Positions 31,241-44,003 of a DNA stretch of 64,000 nucleotides are shown here, piece by piece; position 1 is the stretch's first letter, and the number at the start of each line of letters is the position of its first letter. The stretch comes from an uncultured Gammaproteobacteria bacterium (GTDB lineage Bacteria; Pseudomonadota; Gammaproteobacteria; DRLM01). Location of the stretch: contig CAVSNY010000007.1 in assembly GCA_963729605.1 (NCBI GenBank), forward strand, positions 192,001 to 256,000. The letters run 5' to 3'. The position numbers and the translations under genes are program-made. A model generated the notes under the pieces. It did no database searches and was not told where the DNA came from. It worked only from the letters and a program-made list of their open reading frames with translations.

Positions 31241-32779
31241 TCAGCCGACCGGGGCGACCGCGCCGCGTGGGGCGCGATCCAGCCGCCGATAAGAAATCGC
31301 CTCGCCGATGTGGGCGGCCTGTATCGCGGGCGCATCGGCCAGGTCGGCGATGCTGCGCGCCACCCGCAGCACGCGATGAAAGGCCCGCGCCGAAAAACCC
31401 AAACGTACTACCGCCTGTTCCAATAAATTCTCCGCGGCTTTATCCAGCGCGCACGTGTGTTCCGTTTCTGTTGTCGTCAAATGATGATTGAGCTTGCCCG
31501 CCCGCGCCATTTGCCGCGTTTGAGCGGCCTGCACGCGCGCGCGCACGTCGGCGCTGGAGGGTTCGTTCGCGGTTTGCGCGCCCCGCATCAGCTCGTGCGG
31601 CAGCGCCGGCACCTCGACGTGTAAATCGATGCGGTCGAGCAGCGGGCCGGACAGGCGGGCGCGGTAACGCAGCACGTTTTCCGCGCTGCAACGGCAGCGG
31701 CCGCCCGCATCGCCGAGGTAACCGCACGGGCAGGGGTTCATCGCGGCGATCAATTGAAAGCGCGCGGGGAATTCGGCCTGACGCGCGGCGCGGGAGATGA
31801 CGATGCGTCCGGACTCCAAAGGTTCGCGCAACACCTCCAGCACGCGGCGATCGAACTCGGGCAATTCGTCGAGAAACAACACGCCGTGATGGGCGAGCGA
31901 GATTTCGCCGGGCCGCGGTTGCGAGCCGCCGCCCACCAGCGCGACCGCCGACGCGGTGTGATGCGGGGCGCGGTAGGGACGGCGGCCCCACGACGCGGCG
32001 GTGAAACCCTGATCGCTGATCGACGCGATGGCCGCCGCTTCCAGCGCCGCTTCTTCGCTGAGCGGCGGCAGGATGGAGGTGAGCCGCGAGGCCAGCATGG
32101 TTTTGCCGGTGCCCGGCGGACCGATGAACAATACATTGTGGCCGCCGGCGGCGGCGATTTCCAAGGCGCGTTTGGCGTGATGCTGGCCGCGCACGTCGCG
32201 CAGATCGGCGTCGTGCGGCGCGGGTGCCGCCGCCAGGTTTGCCGCGGGCGCGTGCGGCGCGAGGCGGGTCGTACCGCGCAGGTGTTCACACACTTCCAGC
32301 AAATGCCGGGCGCCGAACACCACCGCGTCCCGCGCCAGCGCCGCTTCGTCGGCGTTGACGTGCGGCAGGATCACCGCGCGTCCCGCGTTGCGGCTGTGCA
32401 AGGCGAAAGGCAACGCGCCGCGGACGCTGCGCAATTCGCCGGTGAGCGCGAGTTCGCCGACGAATTCGTAGGTGTGCAGCGCGTCGCTGGGAATTTGCCC
32501 GGAGGCGGCGAGGATGCCGAGCGCGATGGGCAGGTCGAAGCGGCTGCCGTCCTTGGGCAGATCGGCGGGCGCCAGGTTGATGGTGATGCGCCGCGCGGGA
32601 AAATCGAATTGCGCGTTCAACAAGGCGGCGCGCACCCGGTCCTTGCTTTCTTTGACGGTGGCCTCGGGCAGGCCGACGATCGACAGGCCGGGCAGGCCGT
32701 TGGCGAGGTGCACCTCGACGGTGACGGTCGGTGCGCTGATGCCGTCCTGCGCGCGGGTGTGGATGACAGCGAGGGACAC
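31241..32779 (-). CDS. comM: YifB/ComM Mg-chelatase-like AAA ATPase
   Basis: VGLPEATVKES, INLAPADLPK, GPPGTGKT, LFLDELPEF, AMNPCPCG; GTG start at 32779. Confidence 0.95.
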   Translation of the reverse strand: MSLAVIHTRAQDGISAPTVTVEVHLANGLPGLSIVGLPEATVKESKDRVRAALLNAQFDFPARRITINLAPADLPKDGSRFDLPIALGILAASGQIPSDALHTYEFVGELALTGELRSVRGALPFALHSRNAGRAVILPHVNADEAALARDAVVFGARHLLEVCEHLRGTTRLAPHAPAANLAAAPAPHDADLRDVRGQHHAKRALEIAAAGGHNVLFIGPPGTGKTMLASRLTSILPPLSEEAALEAAAIASISDQGFTAASWGRRPYRAPHHTASAVALVGGGSQPRPGEISLAHHGVLFLDELPEFDRRVLEVLREPLESGRIVISRAARQAEFPARFQLIAAMNPCPCGYLGDAGGRCRCSAENVLRYRARLSGPLLDRIDLHVEVPALPHELMRGAQTANEPSSADVRARVQAAQTRQMARAGKLNHHLTTTETEHTCALDKAAENLLEQAVVRLGFSARAFHRVLRVARSIADLADAPAIQAAHIGEAISYRRLDRAPRGAVAPVG

Positions 32780-32879
32780 GGTGCGCCTTTCTTTATGAGG
32801 CCTGTGTATGTCGACACGTCGCCGCGGGCGGCGTCGTGTCTGCGACATTATTCCCGAGACGCCTCCCCGTCGCCAGGGA

Positions 32880-33158
32880 CTAAACGACCGGATTGCCGGG
32901 CTGCGTGATCCGCGTTTGGTCGCGGCCTTCCAATTCGGCGATCTGCCGTTGCAGGGCGTCGAGCTGCAGGCGGGTGCGGGCCAGCAGCGCGGTTTGTACG
33001 TCAAATTCTTCGCGGGTGACCAGATTCAGTTTGGCGAAGCCGCTCTGCAGGATCGCGCGGAAGTTTTTTTCGGCGTCCTGCTGGAGTTCGCGTACGCCGG
33101 GCGGGAGGGCCTTGGCCAGCCGTTCCGCGAGTTGGTCGAGTAGGTGGGGATCCATCAT
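32880..33158 (-). CDS. ubiK: Ubiquinone biosynthesis accessory factor UbiK
   Basis: KLNLVTREEFDVQTALLARTR; usual position between glnK and comM. Confidence 0.9.
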   Translation of the reverse strand: MMDPHLLDQLAERLAKALPPGVRELQQDAEKNFRAILQSGFAKLNLVTREEFDVQTALLARTRLQLDALQRQIAELEGRDQTRITQPGNPVV

Positions 33159-33233
33159 GGCGCTGCTCCTCGTCGGTTTTATGTAGACGTGAGCCAGTCT
33201 ACTGCAATTCATAAAAAGTGCACCAGGGGTGCG

Positions 33234-33280
33234 CGCACCGGACTGGTGCGAAGGTTTTTTATCGCATCCAAGATGGTGCG
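33234..33280. promoter_or_regulatory. Two NtrC-type enhancer boxes
   Basis: CGCACCggacTGGTGCG (33234-33250) and GCATCCaagaTGGTGCG (33264-33280), close to TGCACC-N5-GGTGCA, upstream of the sigma54 site. Confidence 0.75.
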
Positions 33281-33343
33281 CGAGGCCCGTCCGGGCTAGG
33301 CCGGATCTTAATCATATCGCTGAAATTCAGCGCCTTTTTGCAG

Positions 33344-33359
33344 TGGCACATATCGTGCT
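33344..33359 (+). promoter_or_regulatory. Sigma54 -24/-12 promoter of glnK-amtB
   Basis: TGGCAC-atatc-GTGCT with correct GG-N10-GC spacing. Confidence 0.8.
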
Positions 33360-33418
33360 GAAGGCTAGACCGTAGGCCGTTTGGCGAGGCACCGTAAGCT
33401 GGGGGCCCGCGCAAATAG

Positions 33419-33844
<426 letters not shown>

Positions 33845-33858
33845 GCGGGGAGTTAATC

Positions 33859-35298
<1,440 letters not shown>

Positions 35299-35320
35299 TC
35301 CACCAGATACGTCGGTACTT

Positions 35321-35349
35321 ACGGGCGCCTTAGGGCGCCCGTTTTTTTT
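35321..35349 (+). terminator. Rho-independent terminator
   Basis: ACGGGCGCC-ttag-GGCGCCCGT followed by a T tract. Confidence 0.85.
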
Positions 35350-35424
35350 ACCGCTCAAAAAGCGGTGTTGCAAGTTAATCAACTGGAAAACGCCGGGTCG
35401 CGTAAAGCGTCCCGGCGGCCGTGC

Positions 35425-35661
35425 TCAAAGGCTATTGTGGGTGCCGTCGCAAAACGGTTTGTCGTTGCTGTGTTTGCAGCCGCAGAGGGCGAGGGGCGCT
35501 TTCGAGGTGACGGTGAATTTGACCGGGGAAAATTCGCTGCCTTTGTGCGAACCGTCGCAGAAGGGTTGGTTGGCGGATTTGCCGCAGGCGCACCACCAGT
35601 AATCGCCCGGCGCCAACTGGACAACATAGGGGGATTTTTTCGCGATCGTCGGTTCAGCCAT
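35425..35661 (-). CDS. CDGSH iron-sulfur domain protein
   Basis: CACGKS..PFCDGSH and CGCKHS..PFCDGTH. Confidence 0.93.
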   Translation of the reverse strand: MAEPTIAKKSPYVVQLAPGDYWWCACGKSANQPFCDGSHKGSEFSPVKFTVTSKAPLALCGCKHSNDKPFCDGTHNSL

Positions 35662-35888
35662 GCTGTTCTCCTTCTCGGCCAGTGCGGCGCGGTTGCGCCG
35701 TGGCGCCGATTTAAAGCTGGTCTCCTTGCGCTGTCAAGCTGGGCGCTCATCCGTGGCGGCGGAGCCGGATTGATACACGGCGCGCTGCGCGACCGATCGT
35801 TTGCGGCGTGAGCGGGAAATATAAAACGGCCGAGGCGTTTTTTTGATGTTGACGGCGATGCCGGCCGTTCGCGCGCATCGGGGTTTTT

Positions 35889-38285
35889 TCAGCAGATCAC
35901 CAAGGGCGGAGCGCCGGCCATCAGTTCGGCGGCGGACACCGGTGCGCCGAACAACCGCCCTTGCGCCAAGCGGCATTCATGCTCGAGCAAGAAATCCAGT
36001 TGCGCCTGGTTTTCCACGCCCTCGGCGATCACCTCCAAATCCAAACCGCGGGCGAGGGCGATGATGGCGCTGGCGATGGCGGCGTCCTCGGCGTTGTGGG
36101 TGACGTCGCGCAGAAAGACGCGGTCGATTTTGAGGCCGCTGACGGCGAGTTGTTTGAGATGGCGTAACGAGGAATAACCGGTGGCGAAATCGTCGATGAT
36201 CAGCCGGACCCCCAACTGGGCCAGGGTCTGGCAGTGGCTGACGATGAGATGTTCGGCGCTGGTGAGCGCCGACTCGGTGAGTTCGAGGGCGAGACAGTGC
36301 GCCGGCAAGCCGGTTTCATGCAGGATGTCTTTGACCATGGCGGTGAAAGTGGGATGGCGGAGCTGGCGTTTGGAGACGTTGACGGCGACGCGCAGCCGCG
36401 GCCAACCCTCGGCGTGCCAGTGCGTGGCCTGGCGGCAGGCGTTGCGCAAGGCCCATTCGCCGATCTGGATGATCAATCCCGATTCCTCGGCGTAGTTGAG
36501 AAAGGCATCGGGCCGCAAGAGGCCGCGTTGCGGATGTTGCCAGCGCAATAAAGCCTCGACGCCGATGATGCATTGCCGGCGCAGATCGAATTGCGCCTGA
36601 TAATGCAGCAGCAGCTGTTCTTCGGCGATGGCCTTGTGCAGCGCGCTTTCCAGTGAAAATCGCTCGTTGGCGCCGACGCTCATTTGCGCCTCGTAAATCT
36701 GGTGACCGCCCCGCCCGGCGCCTTTGGCGGCGTACATGGCGGTATCGGCGTATTTGAGCAAGTCCTCGGCGTTGGCGCCGTCGCGCGGAAACAGGCTGAT
36801 ACCGATGCTGGCGCCGACGAAGACCTCGTGTTCCTGTAAGCGGAAGGGCCGCAGAAAAATCCGCAGCAGACGTTCGGCGATTTGACGGGCTTCCTCGGCG
36901 TGACCGATGGGGTAGGCGACGATCACGAATTCGTCGCCGCCCAGGCGTGCCACCAGGCTCTCGTTGTCGCGGGTCGGGTTGTCGCTGTGGGCGGCGTCGC
37001 GCACGCTTTGGCGCAGGCGTTCGGCGACCAGGTGCAGGAGTTGATCGCCCACGCTGTGGCCGAGACTGTCGTTGATGTGTTTGAAATGATCGAGGTCGAG
37101 AAAAAGGATGGCGAGTTGACGGTCGCTGCACCGCGCCGCCGCCAGGGCCGCTTCCAGACGCTGCCGGAAGTGTTCGCGATTGGGCAATTGGGTGAGGCTG
37201 TCGTAATAGGCGAGTTGGCGGATCTGTTCCTCGGCGTGTTTATTTTCGGTGATGTCGCGCAGTACGCAGACGAAGGTGGCGGGCGTGCCGTCGCGGTCGC
37301 GCATGATCGAGACGGCGATGCCGAAATGGCGGTTCGCGCCGTCGGAACGGGGATAGACGGTTTCGTAATGGCTGAGGGGGTTGCCGTCCAGCAGGCTTTG
37401 CAGGGTGTCGGCTTTCAAACCCAGCGCCTCGCCCAGCCGGGTGTCCAAGATATTTTTATTGTCATAACCGAGCATATCGCACGCGGGTTGATTGGCGAGA
37501 CGCACGATGCCGTCGGTATCCAGCAGCACCAGGCCGTCGTTGATGGTTTCGATGATCTTCTGCGCGGCGTAGGCCGGTGTGATGTCGATCAGCCGGTAAC
37601 GCCAAGTGACGTAGGCTACCAGCGCGGTCAATGACACCACCCCCAGATAACCGAGCGGCAACAGCGGAATGCCGAAGGCCGGGGCGAAGTCGGCGCCGCC
37701 GAAAATGCCCATGGTGAAAAACAGGCCGAGATATTTGGCACGGCGCCGGTTGTTGCTGCCGGGTCGGGCGCGGCGGTAGGCCTGCCAGAAGATCCGCACA
37801 TCGACTATCCAGATCAGCGCGAGAAAAATCACGAAGGCCAGACCGGCCCAGCCGTAACGCGGATGATAACTCCACGGATACGCTTCGGGCGCGGCGAGAA
37901 ACCAGTCCGTGCCGAAACACAGGGTGATGAACAACAGGGTGATGCCCCACACCGCCCGCAGCCAGAGTTTGCATTGCGCGGCGCGATCGGCGACCACCAC
38001 GGTGAAATGATAGGTCGCGGCCGGAATGATAATGATGCCGACGTGGGCCAGCCGGCCCCAGTCCATGGCAACTTCGGCATCGATGGCCAGATACATCCAG
38101 GCGTACGCGAACACCCAGATGAACAGGGCGAGTATCAAAACGGTGAGAGGCGATGCGGCGCGTGAGCCTTTCTCGCGGGCTATCGTGAGTATGCCGAGCA
38201 GGAGTGTGATGGCGGCGGTGATGAATAAGGGGACGGCGTGGGGATTGAACGCATAATGGTCTGCGCTGAGCAGCGGTGCAAACAT
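35889..38285 (-). CDS. 7TM-PAS-GGDEF-EAL c-di-GMP signalling protein
   Basis: About 7 N-terminal TM helices, PAS (..LRDITE), RLGGDEF, VEALLRW, DDFATGYSS. Confidence 0.93.
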   Translation of the reverse strand: MFAPLLSADHYAFNPHAVPLFITAAITLLLGILTIAREKGSRAASPLTVLILALFIWVFAYAWMYLAIDAEVAMDWGRLAHVGIIIIPAATYHFTVVVADRAAQCKLWLRAVWGITLLFITLCFGTDWFLAAPEAYPWSYHPRYGWAGLAFVIFLALIWIVDVRIFWQAYRRARPGSNNRRRAKYLGLFFTMGIFGGADFAPAFGIPLLPLGYLGVVSLTALVAYVTWRYRLIDITPAYAAQKIIETINDGLVLLDTDGIVRLANQPACDMLGYDNKNILDTRLGEALGLKADTLQSLLDGNPLSHYETVYPRSDGANRHFGIAVSIMRDRDGTPATFVCVLRDITENKHAEEQIRQLAYYDSLTQLPNREHFRQRLEAALAAARCSDRQLAILFLDLDHFKHINDSLGHSVGDQLLHLVAERLRQSVRDAAHSDNPTRDNESLVARLGGDEFVIVAYPIGHAEEARQIAERLLRIFLRPFRLQEHEVFVGASIGISLFPRDGANAEDLLKYADTAMYAAKGAGRGGHQIYEAQMSVGANERFSLESALHKAIAEEQLLLHYQAQFDLRRQCIIGVEALLRWQHPQRGLLRPDAFLNYAEESGLIIQIGEWALRNACRQATHWHAEGWPRLRVAVNVSKRQLRHPTFTAMVKDILHETGLPAHCLALELTESALTSAEHLIVSHCQTLAQLGVRLIIDDFATGYSSLRHLKQLAVSGLKIDRVFLRDVTHNAEDAAIASAIIALARGLDLEVIAEGVENQAQLDFLLEHECRLAQGRLFGAPVSAAELMAGAPPLVIC

Positions 38286-38706
38286 GAAGCCCCCTACAGT
38301 CTAGTGGCTTTACCGTCTCATGGCTGGAATAGGCGGCTCTCCTCGATCAAGGGCGGACGTCTCACCATGGTGTTATAGGCGGAGCGTGAACGGATACCGG
38401 GTAAGGGCCGGCGGTTGAGACGGAGCGTCGGAGAGCGGTCATAATCGTGCGTCATCATTCCTTGAATCGGCTCCATGGTTTTGGCTAGTTGCCGCCCTGA
38501 TTTTAAATCCATGCGATAACAGAGCTAATTTAAAGTATGGTCTTTTGGTGTGCTTGGCGCAAGTCGTGTTTGCCGCGTCGAAGAGTCGTGGTTGAGTTGG
38601 TACCCATGTCGAAAGAAATAACCAACCGGCATTTTTTACGACGGGGAATCGCTAGAATAGCGCGGGTGGTTACGCCAAGACCTCATTTTGCGGATCGTGT
38701 TCTGAG

Positions 38707-40074
38707 ATGAATTCATTGTTGATGAATCTGCGCGCGGGTGTGCGCTTGTTGTTTTTCCGTGGACTCGCCGCCGCCGATTATCGGGTTTCCGCCGATCAGC
38801 TGGTGCTGCTGGCCGGTTTGCTGACCGGTCTGTGGTTTTGCGCCGATTGGCTGCGCGCGCTGCCGGACCCCGCGCTCAATGTGTATGCCTTCGCCGATTA
38901 TGGCCTGCTGTGGTCGTGCGTCTTGTTCGCCGCTTATTTGGTGAGCCGCTTAATACGCGTGCCCGCCGCGGCGCTGGCCTTGCCCGTTTTAATCTTGAGC
39001 GCCGCCTTGCCCCTTTCTATTTTGCTATTGGTGGTGGACGGGCTGGCGGCGAGCGAGTTTCCGGACCTCTTGGTTTGGATCGCCGGCGGGTATTGGTTAT
39101 GGCTGGCGCTGGCGGTGGCGCGGGCCTTGTATCTGGTCATGGGCCGCAGCGTCGTAGGCGCGGTGGGCGGTTTTCTGTTCATGGTGGCGGTGAATATATT
39201 GCCGCTGTGGGTGGTGAGGCTCGGCCAGTTCTGGGAGCCGGCACCCGCGTGGGCGATGGATCAGGCCGCGCTCCCGGCCGTCGATGCCGAGGCGGTGTTT
39301 TACGATCAGCCGGCGCGGATGGCGCACACCCTCGCCGCGTTGCGGCCGCAGCGCCCCGGCGTGAGCGATGCCTACTTCATCGGATTTGCCGGCGACGCCT
39401 CGCAGGCGGTGTTCGCGAAAGAGGTCGGTTATGTGCGGGCCTTGTGGGATGAAAAATGGGATACCCGCGGCCGCTCGCTGGCCTTGGTGAACGATCCGGC
39501 GACGGTGGGCGAGACGCCCATCGCCTCGGTGACCAATTTGAATACCGCCTTGCGCCATATCGGGCGATTGATGGATCCCGCCGAGGATGTGCTGGTGTTG
39601 TTTCTCACCAGCCATGGCTCCGAGGATTTTGAACTGACGGTGAACTTCGCGCCGCTGGCGCTCAATCCGCTCACGCCGGAACAGCTTAAAGCCGGCTTGG
39701 ACGAGTCCGGTATCAAATGGCGGATCGTCATCGTCTCCGCCTGTTATTCCGGCGGGTATGTGGCGGGCCTGCGCGATCCCTACACCGCGGTGATGACCGC
39801 CGCCGCCGCGGATCGCACCTCCTTCGGCTGCGACACCGAGCGCGACTTCACCTATTTCGGCGAGGCCTATTTTCGCGACGAACTGGCCCGGGGTGTATCG
39901 TTGTTGCAAGCCTTCGAAAACGCCACGGCGCGGATCGCTCAACGGGAGCGGGCCGAGGGCTTGACGCCGTCATTGCCGCAGTTGTTCGTAGGCGATGAAA
40001 TGGCCGCGCGTTTACCGCTGTGGGAGACGGCATTGCATGAACGGCGTTGCGGCGCTCAAGTCGGCGAGTGTTAG
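38707..40074 (+). CDS. Membrane-anchored peptidase C13 family protein
   Basis: LFLTSHGS, VSACYSGG, DRTSFGC, FTYFGEAYF. Confidence 0.9.
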   Translation: MNSLLMNLRAGVRLLFFRGLAAADYRVSADQLVLLAGLLTGLWFCADWLRALPDPALNVYAFADYGLLWSCVLFAAYLVSRLIRVPAAALALPVLILSAALPLSILLLVVDGLAASEFPDLLVWIAGGYWLWLALAVARALYLVMGRSVVGAVGGFLFMVAVNILPLWVVRLGQFWEPAPAWAMDQAALPAVDAEAVFYDQPARMAHTLAALRPQRPGVSDAYFIGFAGDASQAVFAKEVGYVRALWDEKWDTRGRSLALVNDPATVGETPIASVTNLNTALRHIGRLMDPAEDVLVLFLTSHGSEDFELTVNFAPLALNPLTPEQLKAGLDESGIKWRIVIVSACYSGGYVAGLRDPYTAVMTAAAADRTSFGCDTERDFTYFGEAYFRDELARGVSLLQAFENATARIAQRERAEGLTPSLPQLFVGDEMAARLPLWETALHERRCGAQVGEC

Positions 40075-40106
40075 CGGCGCACGGTTATCATTAACCCGCA
40101 ACTCAA

Positions 40107-40147
40107 GGAACCTCTGAATTTAATCAGAGGTTCCCGCGACATACGGA
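40107..40147. mobile_element. MITE partial copy (terminal hairpin only)
   Basis: GGAACCTCTGAatttaaTCAGAGGTTCCcgcgacatacgga between convergent genes. Confidence 0.75.
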
Positions 40148-40199
40148 GGTACCGCCTTCAGCCCACTGAGTTCCCGTTTTAATATGTCAACAAGGGAGG

Positions 40200-40610
40200 T
40201 CAGTCGCCGATCTCCAGCGGAATTTCGGCCACGGCGTCTTCGCACAGGCGATAGCCGCGCAATTCCAGTACGCCTTTGGTCTGTAGCGAGATGATGAGAT
40301 ACACGGCTTCGGGGTAAGCCGCTTCGTCGATGTCGGCCCGGGAAGGAATCGGCGGGGTGTCCGGATGCGAGTGGTAAATGGCGTACAGGGTTTCGCCGCG
40401 CTCCCGCATGACGCGCAGCGCCGCGATTTGTTGCGCGGGGTCCATGATGAACACGCGCCGCGGCTCGCCGGCGCTATTGGCGATGGGATAACAGCTCACC
40501 GGCACGCCGCCGTGGCCGCCGAGCAGGCCGCAGACTTCCTGTTGCGGATATTGCTGGGCGTGCTCCAGCAGTTGGTTTACCAAGCCTCGCGGCAGGTGTT
40601 GCGTATTCAT
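40200..40610 (-). CDS. JAMM/Mov34 (M67) metallopeptidase
   Basis: E-VCGLL and IYHSHP..PSRAD. Confidence 0.92.
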   Translation of the reverse strand: MNTQHLPRGLVNQLLEHAQQYPQQEVCGLLGGHGGVPVSCYPIANSAGEPRRVFIMDPAQQIAALRVMRERGETLYAIYHSHPDTPPIPSRADIDEAAYPEAVYLIISLQTKGVLELRGYRLCEDAVAEIPLEIGD

Positions 40611-40613
40611 GGT

Positions 40614-41480
40614 TCAGTCTCGTTGTCCCAGGGTGACCCGTGGCCGGTCCGCGTAATCGGACAAGGTTCTTACTTGATGATAGTGCAGCAGATCCAGTAA
40701 TTCCGCCACCGCCGGCCCTTGTTGATAACCATGTTCCAACAGCAGCCAGCCCTGTGCCTGTAAATGGGCCGGCGCGGCCTGCGCGAGCCGGGTGATCATT
40801 TCCAGGCCGGTCGGCCCCGCCACCAGCGCGCCGCGCGGTTCGGCGGTCAAGTCGCCGTCGAGTAAATGCGGGTCGTCTTCAGCGAGGTAAGGCGGGTTGG
40901 AACAAATCATGTCGAAGCGTTCATCGCGCAGCGCGGCGGTGCCGTCGCCTTCGCGAAAACTCAGATTGCCAAGGCCCAGCTTTTGCGCGTTGTGCGCGGC
41001 GATCGCGAGGGCCTGCGGCGAGATGTCGGTGGCGACGATCCGGCAACGCGGCCGTTCGCTCGCGATGGCCAGCGCGATGGCGCCCGAGCCGGTGCCGATG
41101 TCGGCAATGCAATAATCGCGGTCCGGCGGGATGCGTTCCAAGGCGAGTTCCACCAGGCGTTCGGTGTCGGGGCGGGGAATCAAAGTGTGGCTGTTGACGT
41201 GAAGATTCAACGACCAGAATTCGCGCTGGCCGGTGAGATAGGCGACCGGCCGGCCGGCGGCGCGCTCCTCGATCAAAGCGAAAAAATCGCACCGCTGCTG
41301 CGGAAGCAAAACCTGCTCCGGCCAGGCGCGCAAATGGCTGCGCGGTTTATTCAGCGTGTGGGCGAGCAACACGTCCGCGTCGAGGTCGGCGCTGTCGGCG
41401 CGTATGCCGGCGAGCCGCGCGCGCGCGGCGGCCAGGGCGGCCGCGATGGTCAGTGAATGTGCCGGGCGGTTCGCGTTCAT
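40614..41480 (-). CDS. prmC: Release factor glutamine methyltransferase
   Basis: TLIPRPDTE, DIGTGSGAIA, SNPPY, LLEHGY. Confidence 0.95.
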   Translation of the reverse strand: MNANRPAHSLTIAAALAAARARLAGIRADSADLDADVLLAHTLNKPRSHLRAWPEQVLLPQQRCDFFALIEERAAGRPVAYLTGQREFWSLNLHVNSHTLIPRPDTERLVELALERIPPDRDYCIADIGTGSGAIALAIASERPRCRIVATDISPQALAIAAHNAQKLGLGNLSFREGDGTAALRDERFDMICSNPPYLAEDDPHLLDGDLTAEPRGALVAGPTGLEMITRLAQAAPAHLQAQGWLLLEHGYQQGPAVAELLDLLHYHQVRTLSDYADRPRVTLGQRD

Positions 41481-41491
41481 GGCGCGCGTCG

Positions 41492-42573
41492 TTATTCGCT
41501 CAGCGTCGCCAGCTGTTCGGTCTGGTGTTCGTTGATCAGCGGGTCGATGAGTTCGTCGAGATTACCCTGGATGATGCTTTCGAGCTTGTAGAGGGTGAGA
41601 TTGATGCGGTGATCGGTGACGCGGCCCTGCGGGAAATTATAGGTGCGGATGCGTTCCGAGCGGTCGCCGCTGCCGACTTGCAGGCGGCGGGTCTCGGATT
41701 GCTGCGCGGTCTGTTTTTCGCGCTCGGCGGAGAGCAGCTTGGCCTGCAACAGCGACATGGCGCGCGCGCGGTTCTTGTGTTGCGAACGTTCGTCCTGGCA
41801 TTCCACCACCACGCCCGAAGGCAGATGGGTGATGCGGATCGCCGAGTCGGTTTTGTTGACGTGTTGGCCGCCGGCGCCGGAGGCGCGGTAGGTGTCCACT
41901 TTGAGGTCGGCGGGATTGAGCGCGATGTGATGAATCTCTTCCACTTCCGGCAACACCGCGACGGTGGCGGCGGAGGTGTGGATGCGGCCTTGCGCCTCGG
42001 TCTGCGGCACGCGCTGCACGCGGTGGGTGCCGGATTCGAATTTGAGGCGCGAATACACCCCATGGCCGATCAGGCGCAGCACCACTTCCTTGTAGCCGCC
42101 GTGTTCGCCGAGACTCTCGCTGATCAGTTCGCTCTGCCAGCCCTGCTGTTCGGCGTAGCGGGAATACATGCGGTACAAATCGCCGGCGAAGATCGCCGCT
42201 TCGTCGCCGCCGGTGCCGGCGCGGATTTCCAAGAAGATGTTGCTGTTGTCGAGTGGATCGGTCGGCAGCAGGAGTTTGCTCAATTCCACTTCCAGCGTCG
42301 CGGCGCGCGCGGTGGCCTGTTGGAGTTCTTCATCGGCCATCTGTCGCACGTCGAGGTCGGGATCCTGCATCATCGCGCGCGCCGCGGCGATGTCGGCGAT
42401 CGCGCCTTGATAAGCTCGAAACAGGCCACCACCGGATTGAGCTGGGCATATTCTTTCGACAGATCGCGGAAACGCTCCTGCGACGTGATCACGTCCGGAT
42501 CGGCGAGGAGCGCATCGAGCTCCTGCAGCCGTTCGGAGAGGGTCTCCAATTTGCCGCGTATCGAGGGTTTCAC
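41492..42573 (-). CDS. prfA: Peptide chain release factor 1, one-base frameshift near 42419-42421 (likely assembly error)
   Basis: N-terminus [16 protein letters not shown] in ORF 42370..42573; rest ([30 protein letters not shown]) in ORF 41492..42793. Confidence 0.93.
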
Positions 42574-42582
42574 GCTGGAAGG

Positions 42583-43845
42583 CTACGAGTGGGGATCTTT
42601 GAGGTCGAAGAGTTCGCGGGCGATGTCGAGGACGTCGGAGCGGCCCTCGAAACCCGCTTGGCGCATGTGCACGCTGGGCGAGTGTATCAGTTTGTTGGTG
42701 AGGGCGCGGCCCATTTGAAATAACACTTCTTCCGCCGGCATGCCGCGGGCCAGCAGGCGTTTGGCCTTGGCGAGTTCCTGGTCGCGCAGCCATTCCGCGT
42801 TGTCGCGGTACACGCGGATGGTGGCCACCGCGTCCAGCGAACGCAGCCAGCCCATGAAACGCGCCACCTGGTTTTCGATGATCTCTTCGGCCTGTTTGGC
42901 GGCCTCCTGCCGCGAGCGCAGTCCCTCTTGGATGATCTCCTGCAAATCGTCCACCGCGTACAGATACACGTCGTTCAGTTCGCCGGCCTCGGGCTCGATG
43001 TCGCGCGGCACGGCGATGTCGATCATCAGAATGGGGCGGTGTTTGCGTTGTTTGATGGCCCGTTCGATGGCGCCTTTGCCGAGGATGGGCAATTGGCTGG
43101 CGGTGGAGGAGATCACCAGGTCGGCCTCGGCCAGATGGGCGGGGATGTCGCTCAGGGAAATCGCGTAACCGCCGAATTCGGTGGCCAAAACATGGGCCTT
43201 TTCCACGGTGCGGTTGGCGATGATCATGCGGCCGATGCCGTGTTCATGGAGATGGCGGGCGGTGAGTTCGATGGTCTCCCCCGCGCCGATCAGCAGGGCG
43301 GTGTGTTTGGAGAGGTCGCTGAAGAACTGTTTGGTCAGACTCACCGCGGCGAAGGCCACCGAGACCGGGCTGGAACCGATGGCGGTGTCGGTGCGGACCT
43401 GTTTGGCGACCGCGAAGGTGTGCTGGAACAAGCGGCCCAGCAGGGTGCCGACGGTGCCGTTCTGCAGGGCGGTGAGATAGGCCTCCTTCATCTGGCCGAG
43501 GATTTGCGGCTCGCCTAAAATCATGGAATCGAGGCCGGAGGCGACCCGCAGCAGATGGCGTACCGCGAATTGATCGGGGTGAAGGTAGAGATAAGGACCG
43601 ATCTCTTCGCCCTGAAGTTTGTGATAGTGTTGGAACCAATCGATCACCGATTGCGAGTGATCTTCTTCCACGCAGCAGACGATTTCCGTGCGGTTACAAG
43701 TGGATAGAATCGCCGCCTCTTGCACCGCGGGCAGGGTGGTCAACTGGCGAAGCGCGTCCGAAATCTGCGGCGGAGCGAAGGCCACCCGTTCCCGGATGGC
43801 GATCGGCGCGGTTTTATGATTTATTCCAAACGCTAAAAGAGGCAT
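42583..43845 (-). CDS. hemA: Glutamyl-tRNA reductase
   Basis: [36 protein letters not shown]. Confidence 0.97.
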   Translation of the reverse strand: MPLLAFGINHKTAPIAIRERVAFAPPQISDALRQLTTLPAVQEAAILSTCNRTEIVCCVEEDHSQSVIDWFQHYHKLQGEEIGPYLYLHPDQFAVRHLLRVASGLDSMILGEPQILGQMKEAYLTALQNGTVGTLLGRLFQHTFAVAKQVRTDTAIGSSPVSVAFAAVSLTKQFFSDLSKHTALLIGAGETIELTARHLHEHGIGRMIIANRTVEKAHVLATEFGGYAISLSDIPAHLAEADLVISSTASQLPILGKGAIERAIKQRKHRPILMIDIAVPRDIEPEAGELNDVYLYAVDDLQEIIQEGLRSRQEAAKQAEEIIENQVARFMGWLRSLDAVATIRVYRDNAEWLRDQELAKAKRLLARGMPAEEVLFQMGRALTNKLIHSPSVHMRQAGFEGRSDVLDIARELFDLKDPHS

Positions 43846-44003
43846 GGCATCAGGCCGACATAGACTTTGATCATTCTGCGGTACTTCTTGGGTGGGTGGC
43901 AAGTTTAGCTAATAATTATCCTTAGGATGAAGTAATGGTGGGCAAAAACTTGTCTGTAGCGAATGAGATTCATACCTTGTGGCTGGCCGTACGGAGAATG
44001 CAT

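Noticed and set aside
42405-42425. Programmed frameshift in prfA by analogy with prfB
   Set aside because: No CTT-TGA site or internal SD, and the wrong direction; an indel error is simpler
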